A stretch of 45,506 nt of DNA from a virus (lineage: Duplodnaviria; Heunggongvirae; Uroviricota; Caudoviricetes): the IMG/VR virus record IMGVR_UViG_3300035034_002381, positions 128,001-173,506 of that record. One strand, 5' to 3'. This document shows, piece after piece, positions 34,653-44,288 of the stretch. The notes beneath the pieces were generated by a model. The model ran no database searches and was not told where the DNA came from. It was given only the letters and a program-made list of their open reading frames with translations. A program made the position numbers and the translations under genes. Position 1 is the first letter of the stretch. Each line of letters starts with the position of its first letter.

Positions 34653-37600
34653 ATGGCTAAGATCACACTTGATTTAAATTCATTTAAAGCATCTGGTGTT
34701 TACACTGTAGAATTCGATACATCTGAAAGAATAGTTCTTTCGACAGAAACAATAAGATTAGTAGTAGGATTTTCAAGAAAAGGACCATTTAATGCTCCAG
34801 TATTCTTGAGAGATCTTCGAACTTCTCGACAAATATTCGGACAAACTGATACCTTTTTGGAAAAAAGAGGATCATTTTTCCATAGAGCAATAGAGACTTG
34901 TTTACAAACAGGTCCTGTATTTGCCTTAAATCTACTACCACTTAACAACGTTCCAATTAATGAAGGTGGTGATGCAGTAGATTACAAATCTTTTTCTGTA
35001 AATACAACTGGAGAAAATGGACCTGTATCTCAGGATCTATTAACTTCTTTCTATAATAAAGAACGTTTCTGGTTTCCAGATACTGAAAACTTTATTGCAA
35101 TCACAGAAAATAATCCACTAAATAAAGGAAGATTATTCAACCTTGTGAATTTAGGACAGACTCCACTATCATTTATAGTGAGAAAACCTAATCCTAAAGT
35201 TGCAGGATATAACATAACTGCTAGAGAATATTACGGTTCAAGTAATGTTCCAGATTATGTTTATGAATTTGATTTCATGGAAGATTATTTCGTAGAAATT
35301 ATTATGATCGAAGGTGATTGGACTGATTATAAGAGACTTGGCGAAGATCCAGTATACTCTAGTTTCTTTGATGCAAGAGGAGTAAAAGTTGAAAGACTAA
35401 ACGAATTTTTAACTCTTACTGAAACAACTGTAATTGGAAGTTTTGTAGGATCAATAATACCTGACTTTATTGATGGTAATGGTTCTAATCAATTTATTGA
35501 GATCTTAGTAAATAACGCTGTTGCTTCAACTGGTGTATTCTTGTCAGTAAACAGAGAACAGCTTGATGATTATACAAATTCAGAATATAAAGTTGATATG
35601 ATCGGACATAATCTGATCAGTACTACTGATGATACTGTAGACTTTTTATCATACAACACACCAATATCTAAAGCAATAGCTTATGACGATCTTGATATTA
35701 ACGCACAACTTGCTACTCCTACCTTTGTAACTACTGATTATGCGGCAGGAACTTATGCTGCGGCATACGTTGAATCATCACCAATCGGTGGAAATTCTGG
35801 AGTATTTGGAAATGTTTTAGTGGTTCCGAAACCGGCGCCAAATCAAACTGTTTTCACTGTTGCGAAATACCAAGAATTACTAGATACTTTATCTAATATT
35901 TCATTAATTGCTACTAATGGTTCAACTTATGGAAACGATTATGTAAAAGTTGATAAAGTAATTGACAACGGTTCAGAATTTAGAGTGGTTCTTTCTAATC
36001 CAGAAGGTGTCGCAGAATCTTATATAACTGAAACTACTGCATCACTTATAGTTGGTGGAGGTACTAATCAAATTACTGTACCAGAAGGCGAAGCATTAAG
36101 TACAGGTTCAGGAAACGGAATTATTTTAGTTGAAGCACCAGGATTCAAACATTATTTTGAAGTTGATGCTGTAACTGCACCTGGTGGTGGATCACCTGAT
36201 GTGATCGATATTTCTATCACACCAACTGCTGTATCGATGGCACATTCGCCACTAGAATATGTAGGCGGTCAAGAAGAAATTGATGAACTTGCTGCAGCTT
36301 TAGCAATAGCGACATTTGATTATTCAGATATTAAAATTACACAATGGGCAGCATATTCAAACAATAACGACTATGTTCCAAACCTATTAACATCTGTAGG
36401 TGGAGCTGATGGAGTATCAGTTGTATATGAACCAGCGAGTGTATTTGTTCATACTGATGATAATTTAGCAGGAGATAATTCAAATGAGGATTATATTGAA
36501 GCTTACCCAGGATCTAAACTTGCAAGAGACATTAAAGCTGCAAGAGTTATTGATGGAGACTTAATCTATTATGCTGCAAACGCATTTAGTTATATCGATA
36601 TTGATGATGCATGGGGTTCTGATTTTGATGTAACATCTAATCTTAAATATGGTTCACTCGGAGTAAGATTAAGACAATATTCAAATGCTGGACTCACTTC
36701 TCAGATAGTAGGAAAAACAAATGACTTTGTAACTGGTGAAACAGGTGCAGAAACATTCATGAATGGTTCTACTGCATATGGATCTGGTGATGATATATTA
36801 CTTTATTCTGCAGCAATTGAAGATCTAAAAACTGTAGTTGATATTATTCCTGGTTCATTAAATGGGTCTAATACATCATTCAGAATTGCTGAAGCTGATG
36901 CATCAAAAATAGAAATTGGTTATTTCTTAGTAAATGCTGCTGGAGATTATCTAGTAAGAGTAACAGGAAAGATTAAATCTATTAATGCATCAACAGGAGT
37001 TGTAGAATATGAGATAAGTGCACCATCAGCAGTCGGAGTTACTGCAGATACTGTAACCGCATTTACACCTATTAATGATTATGTTGATAGATTACATTTT
37101 ACTTACCTCAGTGGTTTTAAACTAACAGAATTTCATTTACCTAAAAACCAAGATCAAGCTAAAAAGATCTACGGTGTAATTGAAAATACTAACTTGGCTG
37201 ATACATTAGCAAGTAAGGACATTATAAGTTTCCGATATATTATCGATACCATGAAATTTGGAGTTGATACTATGATGGGACCTAAGGCTGTTCTTGCAAG
37301 ACTTGCTAAGAAGAGACAAAAATGTATGGCAATCTTAAATGCGCCATCGATTAAAGAGTTTATGGAGTCAACTGATCCTAGATTTACTGACGATCCTCAA
37401 CCATTAATTGGGAATCCTAAACCAACACTGAAAGCTGAATATATTGCTTCAGGTGGAAACTTATCATTAGGACCATCATTTAGATTTACACTACCTGATG
37501 AAGAAAATGGTGCTAAGTTTATGGGAGTATTCTCACCGTTTGTAACATACAGAGATAATAACAAAAATATTTCTGTACCACCAGCGGCTGATGTATCAAA

Positions 37601-38159
37601 CAACTTTATCAGAAAATTCTTAAATGGTCAACCTTATGCAATTGTTGCAGGACCAAGAAGAGGTATTCTTTCAAATCCTAAATTAGTAGGTCTTGAATAT
37701 GAATACACACTTGCTGATAGAGAATTCTTAGAACCATTTGGAATTAACCCAATTGTAACTATAAGAAACGTAGGTATAATGATATTCGGAAATCAAACTG
37801 CATACCAAAGAACATTATCTGCATTTAATAATCTGCACGTTAGAGATCTATTAATTACAGTAGAAAATGCTATTGAAGATGTTCTTATTCAATACTTATA
37901 CGAATTCAATGATGCTACAACACGATTAGAAATTAAATCAATTGTAGAAAATTATCTTGAAAGTGTAAGAAATGCTGGTGGAGTATTTGATTATGAAGTC
38001 ATCATGGATGGAACTAATAATACACCAGAAACAATCGATCAAAACTTCGGAATTATCGATGTAGGAATTGAGCCAGCACGAGGAATGCAGAAATTCGTAA
38101 ACAGAATTACTGTTCTTAAAACTGGAGCAATATCTTCTGGTGGATTTACAATAGCATAA
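34653..38159 (+). CDS. gp18: Tail sheath protein (T4 gp18) with large internal insertion
   Basis: SGVYTVEFD, VGFSRKGPFN, VPPAA, AGPRRG, INPI, FGNQT, LHVRDLLI, YEFND, DGTNNTPE.ID. 1168 aa. Confidence 0.93.
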   Translation: MAKITLDLNSFKASGVYTVEFDTSERIVLSTETIRLVVGFSRKGPFNAPVFLRDLRTSRQIFGQTDTFLEKRGSFFHRAIETCLQTGPVFALNLLPLNNVPINEGGDAVDYKSFSVNTTGENGPVSQDLLTSFYNKERFWFPDTENFIAITENNPLNKGRLFNLVNLGQTPLSFIVRKPNPKVAGYNITAREYYGSSNVPDYVYEFDFMEDYFVEIIMIEGDWTDYKRLGEDPVYSSFFDARGVKVERLNEFLTLTETTVIGSFVGSIIPDFIDGNGSNQFIEILVNNAVASTGVFLSVNREQLDDYTNSEYKVDMIGHNLISTTDDTVDFLSYNTPISKAIAYDDLDINAQLATPTFVTTDYAAGTYAAAYVESSPIGGNSGVFGNVLVVPKPAPNQTVFTVAKYQELLDTLSNISLIATNGSTYGNDYVKVDKVIDNGSEFRVVLSNPEGVAESYITETTASLIVGGGTNQITVPEGEALSTGSGNGIILVEAPGFKHYFEVDAVTAPGGGSPDVIDISITPTAVSMAHSPLEYVGGQEEIDELAAALAIATFDYSDIKITQWAAYSNNNDYVPNLLTSVGGADGVSVVYEPASVFVHTDDNLAGDNSNEDYIEAYPGSKLARDIKAARVIDGDLIYYAANAFSYIDIDDAWGSDFDVTSNLKYGSLGVRLRQYSNAGLTSQIVGKTNDFVTGETGAETFMNGSTAYGSGDDILLYSAAIEDLKTVVDIIPGSLNGSNTSFRIAEADASKIEIGYFLVNAAGDYLVRVTGKIKSINASTGVVEYEISAPSAVGVTADTVTAFTPINDYVDRLHFTYLSGFKLTEFHLPKNQDQAKKIYGVIENTNLADTLASKDIISFRYIIDTMKFGVDTMMGPKAVLARLAKKRQKCMAILNAPSIKEFMESTDPRFTDDPQPLIGNPKPTLKAEYIASGGNLSLGPSFRFTLPDEENGAKFMGVFSPFVTYRDNNKNISVPPAADVSNNFIRKFLNGQPYAIVAGPRRGILSNPKLVGLEYEYTLADREFLEPFGINPIVTIRNVGIMIFGNQTAYQRTLSAFNNLHVRDLLITVENAIEDVLIQYLYEFNDATTRLEIKSIVENYLESVRNAGGVFDYEVIMDGTNNTPETIDQNFGIIDVGIEPARGMQKFVNRITVLKTGAISSGGFTIA

Positions 38160-38188
38160 GAAAAAAGAAAAAATAAATAAATAACACA

Positions 38189-38749
38189 ATGGCTGGAGCA
38201 CCACATTATAAAACAAGTAGAACTTCAACATCTAATTATGAACCTCTATATGTTGCGCATTTTCAGATTATTTTGACACCACCACCCGCGGTATCGAACT
38301 GGGATCTGGTGATTGAAAACGTTAAGAAAGTTTCTGGATTAGATACAAACAAGATGCCAGAAATCCAAACACAAAAATACAAAGGCACAACTAGAAGTTT
38401 TGCTGGAGGTGCGGTCGATGAGACCTCAATAGATTTAATGTTGGATTTTGAGGTTAACTTGAACGACAATAATTCAGCATTTGTCTATAAAGCACTTAGA
38501 CAATGGACTGATATAATTTACGATCCATTAACTGGGCGACAAGGTCTTAAAAAGGACTATATTGGTGGACCTATGGTAGTTTCATGGTTTAATAAAGAAG
38601 GTGATATTCACCAACAATGGAAATTCCCGACAGTATTTCCTTCTGCCGCATTACCAGGGGTTGCTGAACTTAATTATGAAGAAGCAGGTATATTTGCAAT
38701 CGAAGGATTCCAATTACGAGCTGACTATTGGGAAGAAACAATTCTGTAA
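38189..38749 (+). CDS. gp19: Tail tube protein (T4 gp19-like)
   Basis: Follows sheath. LRQWTDIIYDPLTG..G.KKDY, WKFPTVFP, ELNY, DYWEE. Confidence 0.85.
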   Translation: MAGAPHYKTSRTSTSNYEPLYVAHFQIILTPPPAVSNWDLVIENVKKVSGLDTNKMPEIQTQKYKGTTRSFAGGAVDETSIDLMLDFEVNLNDNNSAFVYKALRQWTDIIYDPLTGRQGLKKDYIGGPMVVSWFNKEGDIHQQWKFPTVFPSAALPGVAELNYEEAGIFAIEGFQLRADYWEETIL

Positions 38750-38761
38750 TAATTTAAAAAT

Positions 38762-38950
38762 ATGAAAAACCTTAAAACATTCGATGAGTTATTGAATGAG
38801 TCTAAAGAGTATCAAGAAGACGAGTCTATTGAGTTTTTAAAAAAAAAACTGAAAAATAAAATAAAGTTTTCGCCTGAAGAAATGAAACATATAGATAATC
38901 TAATGTTGATGTATAAAAAGGGTTCGAAATCTTCTAAAAATAAAATATAG
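38762..38950 (+). CDS. Small probable capsid-internal protein
   Basis: N-terminus MKNLKTFDELLNES resembles the T4 capsid-targeting sequence. Confidence 0.6.
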   Translation: MKNLKTFDELLNESKEYQEDESIEFLKKKLKNKIKFSPEEMKHIDNLMLMYKKGSKSSKNKI

Positions 38951-38987
38951 AATTTAAACTAAAAATTTTAGATACAAATATTCACAA

Positions 38988-39014
38988 GTGGAGATCGCAA
39001 GATCTCCATTTTTT
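38988..39014 (+). terminator. Intrinsic terminator with GNRA loop
   Basis: GTGGAGATC-gcaa-GATCTCCAT followed by a T run. Confidence 0.9.
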
Positions 39015-39045
39015 ATGCTCCAAAGCAAATTCATTTCTAGATAAA

Positions 39046-39054
39046 GATATATAG
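39046..39054 (+). promoter_or_regulatory. Putative late promoter GATATATAG
   Basis: Between the terminator and the 39091 start. Confidence 0.62.
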
Positions 39055-39090
39055 ATTATAAACAAATAAACCATTTAAAATCGCATTAAT

Positions 39091-39984
39091 ATGCCAGACA
39101 CAGAAAAAATAGAACAATACGTTAAAGATCAAGAACAAAAAACATCTTTAGGTAAAGTTAATTTAAACAAAGACAGACCTATGGTCGGTGAAATTGGATA
39201 CATCGAGGTACCAATTAAGGATTTACCATCACAAGGATTATTTTATCCAGAAGGTACACAAATAGTTATTAGAGCTGCATCTGTTGCAGAAATTAGACAT
39301 TGGTCAACTATTGACGAAACTAACTATTCCAATATGGATGACATTCTTAATTTTGTCATCGAGAAATGTGTTAAAATCAAATTCCCAGATAGACCAAGTA
39401 CATGGAAAGATATTAAAGATATTGACAGATTTTATCTAATTTTTGCTGTTAGAGAATTTACATTCAAAAACGGTGAAAATAAACTTTATGTACCAGGTAA
39501 AGAATCAGAAAGAATTGAAGTAACTAAAGATATGATTAGTTATTTTACCATGGAAGATAGAATTAAAAAGTTTTATGACCATGAATCAAAAAGTTTTATA
39601 GTTAGAAAAAACGAAAGAATATCACATGATGTTCAGTTCTTTATTCCTTCAATTGGAGTAGCACAATTCATTAAAAGCTATGTGCAGGGAAAACAAAGAG
39701 AAAATAAAGAATTTGACGAGTCATTCATTAAATTTGGAAACTTTATTTTCGAAGATTGGAGATCATTAACGCTCAACAGTTATGAAAAAGCAGTTTCCGA
39801 CTCAATTGGTTGGGACATCGGTACAATATCATTATATGATAAATTCACAGAATTATTGGCAAGTGGAGTTGATCCAAAAATAATCTATAAATCGGGAGGT
39901 ATGGAGCAAGAAGCTCCACTTAACTTTTCAGGCGGGATCAAATCTCTTTTCATTATTTCAGATATCCTTGACGAATTGGTATGA
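39091..39984 (+). CDS. Baseplate hub assembly / tail assembly chaperone (gp26-like)
   Basis: LPSQGLFYP...IRAASVAE...DRFYLIFAVREFTF pattern; lies between tube and tape measure. Confidence 0.65.
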   Translation: MPDTEKIEQYVKDQEQKTSLGKVNLNKDRPMVGEIGYIEVPIKDLPSQGLFYPEGTQIVIRAASVAEIRHWSTIDETNYSNMDDILNFVIEKCVKIKFPDRPSTWKDIKDIDRFYLIFAVREFTFKNGENKLYVPGKESERIEVTKDMISYFTMEDRIKKFYDHESKSFIVRKNERISHDVQFFIPSIGVAQFIKSYVQGKQRENKEFDESFIKFGNFIFEDWRSLTLNSYEKAVSDSIGWDIGTISLYDKFTELLASGVDPKIIYKSGGMEQEAPLNFSGGIKSLFIISDILDELV

Positions 39985-40219
39985 AGTAGAATTCGTTCTT
40001 CTTAAACAATTAGGTATAACTCCATTAGAATTAGATCAACTAGAGTTTTACCGTATTGAATATCTTATGGATAATTTCAAAGATTATTCAGAAAAGAAAA
40101 ATAAACAAAGGGAAACGCAAGAGCAAAGTCAAAAATTTGACCAATCTTCGATTCTTAAAAATTCCCAAAGTTCCTTTAAGAAATATCTCTCACAGAATCA
40201 ACTCAAAGGACTCAAATAA
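39968..40219 (+). CDS. gp51-like / second tail-chaperone ORF, probably reached by frameshift
   Basis: Only a TTG start inside the upstream gene. LTNWYEVEFVLLKQLGITPLELDQLEFYRIEYLM resembles gp51-type sequences. Confidence 0.6.
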   Translation: MTNWYEVEFVLLKQLGITPLELDQLEFYRIEYLMDNFKDYSEKKNKQRETQEQSQKFDQSSILKNSQSSFKKYLSQNQLKGLK

Positions 40220-40226
40220 AATGAAA

Positions 40227-40263
40227 AAGTTGCCTGGGTAGATATATACTACTCAGGTAATTT
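40227..40263 (+). promoter_or_regulatory. RNA hairpin with late promoter GATATATAC (40241-40249) in its loop, 5 nt before the tape-measure ATG
   Basis: AAGTTGCCTGGGTAG-atatata-CTACTCAGGTAATTT, 15 bp including G-U pairs. Confidence 0.72.
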
Positions 40264-40268
40264 ACTTT

Positions 40269-43200
40269 ATGGCTACTCCATCAGAAAAAATGCTAAATGC
40301 GTTATTAGGCTCGGTTCAAAGAATCGAGAAAATAATTTCGCAAAAGACTTCAGACTCCAAAAAGGCTGAAACAAGTTCTGTTGACCCATCAATTTTTTCT
40401 TCAGGATTTGGTGGGATGGCTAAATCATTAGAAAAAATTGAGTCTGAATCCCGAAAAACCAACGATCTTCTAAGAGAACTTATTGAAATTAATTCAATGA
40501 GAAACAAAGATATTCTTGCTGATATAAGTGATGGTGCAAGCAAAATCAATAAGCTTGTTCAATCGTTACCTAAATTTTTTAGTGCGATTAAGAATATTAG
40601 CAAACTACCTGAAAATTCTGTTGATAGACTCAAGAATGTTCTGATGTTAACAGCATTTATTGATCCTGAAACTGGTGATCCTTTAGTAGATCAAAACCAA
40701 TTAGACAAGGCAGCCAAACTAATGGAAAATATTCATTCATTAGCCGGAGGTATTATTAAGTATGGTTTAGCTATGTCAGCATTCTTAATTATCTCACCAT
40801 TAGCAATCGCGGGCGCTGCTGCTTTCGGTCTTTCTCTAAGATTACTTGACCTTGCCATGGGGAAACATATTGATACCGAAAGAATTAGTGAATCAATGGG
40901 TGGGTTAAAAGATTTAGGTATGGCAATAGCTTTATTTGGTATTACAATGGTCGGATTTAGTTATGTTCTTCCACAAATTGCCAAAGGAGCTTTAGGTTTT
41001 ATTACAGTAGTTGCAGGATTAGGTGTAGCACTTTGGACTTTATCAAAAGTATTACAATGGGGATCAGGAGGATTTAGAGATACCAGCCCATTAAAAACTC
41101 TATCACATCTAGGATATAGTATAGCTGTTTTCGGTGTCACTATGGCATTAATGTCTTATGCCGCTCCTCAAATATTTGCTGGAGCATTAGTATTCACAAC
41201 AGTAGTCGCTACTTTAGGTCTTACTGTTTTCTTACTTTATAAAGTATTAGGTAATAATAAACTTTTTGGTGGTAAAGATAGTGCAGTCAAAAGTTCTGGT
41301 CCATTATCGACATTAATTAAACTTGGGTGGTCCATTGCAGCATTTTCGGCATCACTAGTCTTGGTAGGTTTGTTTGTTAAACCTTTTGCACTTGGTGCTC
41401 TTGCCGTCACATTAGCGATAAGTGCAATGGGAATATCATTAAGGCTTTTAGGTAATGCATCAGCAAGAAGAGGAACACAAAATCTTCAAAGACTTTCTAT
41501 ATCTCTTGGAATATTTACATTAGTGATGGCAGGTTGGGTACATTTAGTACAACCTAAACTTACATGGGAAGGACTTGGAATGTTAGGCGCTGCAATTGGT
41601 GGAATGGGCTTAATCGCGACTGTATTAGGTTTACCTGCAGTCGATAAATCTGCCAAAAAGGGTGCAGCCAATTTGATTTTATTAGGTGGCGCATTAGCTA
41701 CCTTCTCAATAGGTTTAGCAATCTATGCACAATTAGCTGCCGAAAAACTTTCATGGGATTCACTAGCGATGTTAGGAGCAACAATAGGGACCATGGCACT
41801 TGTGGGTACTATACTAGGAATACCCGCAGTTTTTCCTTTAGTACTTTCTGGTTCAATAGCCTTAATTGCTTTGGGTGCTTCATTAACAGCATTTTCAATA
41901 GGATTAGGAGTTTATGCAAATACTGTTGCTGGTAAAATGACCATGACAGACTTAGCGATATTAGCAGGTACAGTAACAGCAATGGGATTAATTGGAAGTG
42001 TTGTAGGTATCATTTCGCCATTAGTAATCGCAGGTTCAGCAGCGTTAGTTGTGGCAGGAGGCGCGCTAATATCAATTTCTACTGGGTTGTCTATATTCGC
42101 GAAATCTAACTTTACTAAAGAAAACGGGGAAAATCTTAATTATGCTTTACGCAGTATGATGGCAGGATTCTTAGGATATGAATCATTAGACGATGTCGGA
42201 CTTTCTTCATTGGCAAAAGTTCCAGTTCAGGCTGGGCTGGTCGCAACAATGTCAGCTTCCATGTTATTAGCTTCATCTGCATTGCTTCCAATTACTAAAT
42301 CATTAAAAATATTTAAAGAAGCTAATTGGCAAGAAGGCGATTCTAAAATACTCAAAGAAGTTATCGGGTCAATTATCGGTGCGTTTACTGAAAACTTGAA
42401 AGATGTTGATTGGGTAGATCTTTGGTTTGGTTTGAATTCTTTAAACAATGTTGGAAACGTACTTACTGGTTTGGCAGAAGGAGTCGGTGCGTTTGCTAAT
42501 TTATCTTTTATTGAACAAGAATTTGATGAAAAGGCAGGGAAATTAATTCCTAAAAGAGTAGTTAGGCTTTCCTCGCCAGATATCACAAATGCGGGTATAT
42601 CTATTGGAAATGTAATTACTGCTATGGTTGAACCTGTTGCAAAATTCGGAAATGAAATTACCTCAGGCATTGGATCATTCATTGGTATTCCATTAGCAAT
42701 AAACTCGCTTGAAACTTTAGGTTCAGGTTTAGTTAACTTAGCAACAGGAGTACAGGATTGGTCAAATATGACTGTGACTTCTTGGGGTGTACAAAAGGAT
42801 CCTAAAACTGGATTAAATAAATTAGTACCTACTGGAAAAACTAAATTGACTGACCCACAGTTAGATTCAGCAAAAAGTAACATTGGTAAAGTCTTACTAG
42901 CATTAACAAAACCTTTAAGTGATTTCGGGAAAATATTCTCGTCTGATAGTGTATTAGATTTCTTTGGGGGATTAATTGATAAAACAAGCGTAGAAAAAGG
43001 AATTGCATCAATGGCTTCATTAGGTACAGGCCTTGCTAACATGGCATTAGGAGTTTCTTACTGGGGAAATATGAAATATGCTCCAATGATTCTAGGTAAA
43101 AATAAAGAGACTGGTCTAAATGAATTAATGCCAGGTAAACCAATACCACTCGATATAGAAAATGCGGGAAAAAATATTGGTTCTGTTTTAACCGCATTGG

Positions 43201-44288
43201 CCAAACCTTTAAGTGATTTTGGAAAAATATTTAGTGGTGGTGTTATTAGCGGTCTATCTGGTGGTGTTACAGGTGATGATATTATTACTGGTATCGAACA
43301 AATGGGAGTCATTTCTAATAATCTTGCAGAAATGGGAAAAATGGTGGGTTCTTGGAACAGATTTTCTTTCACTGAAATGGAAGTCAAAGATGGAAGATTA
43401 GTTCCTAAAAAAGTTCATCCCCTAGGAAGTGATGCGATTGAAGTTGCTCGACAAAATATTCTTAAAATCATAGGAATTTTACCTGAAGCCTTGGGCAAAT
43501 ATGATTCCATGGTCGAAGGATTAGGAATTGATCGAGAAGACATTGGGGGAATCATTTCTGAAATGTCAACTATTCAAAATACATTAGGATTTTTAGCTAA
43601 AGATATTCAGGATAATTGGTCAGGTTCTGAAATGGTAGATTCTGCAAATAATTATAAACTTTGGTTATACGAAGTTGCTGATCCAATTATTGGACAAATG
43701 GCAGATAGATACAAACATCTAGGTCAGAGTATTACATTATTCGATAAGCATTTCAGTAATTTTAATAAGCCAGTAAAATCTAAAGAATATCATACATTCA
43801 CTGATAAGTTAATTCAGTTATCTCAGCATGCAAAAGACTTTAAACTTTTTGCAGATTCCTTTGATAGAATGGCTGATTCAATGGGTAAGTTTTCGAAAAA
43901 CTTTTCCGTTATGAATGCAGATGGTCTGGCAGCATTTTCAATATGGACAGATAGTTTATTACAAGCAATAGAAGTAGGAAAAGAAGGTGACGCATTTGGT
44001 AATTTCTTAGATTCTGCAGACACAGCAGTAAATTCGGCATTTAAATTTGGGAACAAAAAACTCGGTTTTTCTGATGATAATGAAGTAAGCCAAGGTGATA
44101 AAAAATCTGTAATAGATCAAACATTAGCCCAAAATGATAGCCAACAAGCTAGAGAAATTAGAAAACTTAACTCGTCTATAATTTCCCTACATAATGAAAT
44201 TTCAACATTAAAGGCAGTAATGTCAGGTACACTGGATGTTAATATAGAAAGTGTAAGTTCAGTAGCAAAATTTAAAATAGATGAATAG
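40269..44288 (+). CDS. Tape measure protein
   Basis: 1339 aa, Ala/Gly/Leu-rich helical and hydrophobic repeats, canonical position after tube and chaperone genes. Confidence 0.75.
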   Translation: MATPSEKMLNALLGSVQRIEKIISQKTSDSKKAETSSVDPSIFSSGFGGMAKSLEKIESESRKTNDLLRELIEINSMRNKDILADISDGASKINKLVQSLPKFFSAIKNISKLPENSVDRLKNVLMLTAFIDPETGDPLVDQNQLDKAAKLMENIHSLAGGIIKYGLAMSAFLIISPLAIAGAAAFGLSLRLLDLAMGKHIDTERISESMGGLKDLGMAIALFGITMVGFSYVLPQIAKGALGFITVVAGLGVALWTLSKVLQWGSGGFRDTSPLKTLSHLGYSIAVFGVTMALMSYAAPQIFAGALVFTTVVATLGLTVFLLYKVLGNNKLFGGKDSAVKSSGPLSTLIKLGWSIAAFSASLVLVGLFVKPFALGALAVTLAISAMGISLRLLGNASARRGTQNLQRLSISLGIFTLVMAGWVHLVQPKLTWEGLGMLGAAIGGMGLIATVLGLPAVDKSAKKGAANLILLGGALATFSIGLAIYAQLAAEKLSWDSLAMLGATIGTMALVGTILGIPAVFPLVLSGSIALIALGASLTAFSIGLGVYANTVAGKMTMTDLAILAGTVTAMGLIGSVVGIISPLVIAGSAALVVAGGALISISTGLSIFAKSNFTKENGENLNYALRSMMAGFLGYESLDDVGLSSLAKVPVQAGLVATMSASMLLASSALLPITKSLKIFKEANWQEGDSKILKEVIGSIIGAFTENLKDVDWVDLWFGLNSLNNVGNVLTGLAEGVGAFANLSFIEQEFDEKAGKLIPKRVVRLSSPDITNAGISIGNVITAMVEPVAKFGNEITSGIGSFIGIPLAINSLETLGSGLVNLATGVQDWSNMTVTSWGVQKDPKTGLNKLVPTGKTKLTDPQLDSAKSNIGKVLLALTKPLSDFGKIFSSDSVLDFFGGLIDKTSVEKGIASMASLGTGLANMALGVSYWGNMKYAPMILGKNKETGLNELMPGKPIPLDIENAGKNIGSVLTALAKPLSDFGKIFSGGVISGLSGGVTGDDIITGIEQMGVISNNLAEMGKMVGSWNRFSFTEMEVKDGRLVPKKVHPLGSDAIEVARQNILKIIGILPEALGKYDSMVEGLGIDREDIGGIISEMSTIQNTLGFLAKDIQDNWSGSEMVDSANNYKLWLYEVADPIIGQMADRYKHLGQSITLFDKHFSNFNKPVKSKEYHTFTDKLIQLSQHAKDFKLFADSFDRMADSMGKFSKNFSVMNADGLAAFSIWTDSLLQAIEVGKEGDAFGNFLDSADTAVNSAFKFGNKKLGFSDDNEVSQGDKKSVIDQTLAQNDSQQAREIRKLNSSIISLHNEISTLKAVMSGTLDVNIESVSSVAKFKIDE

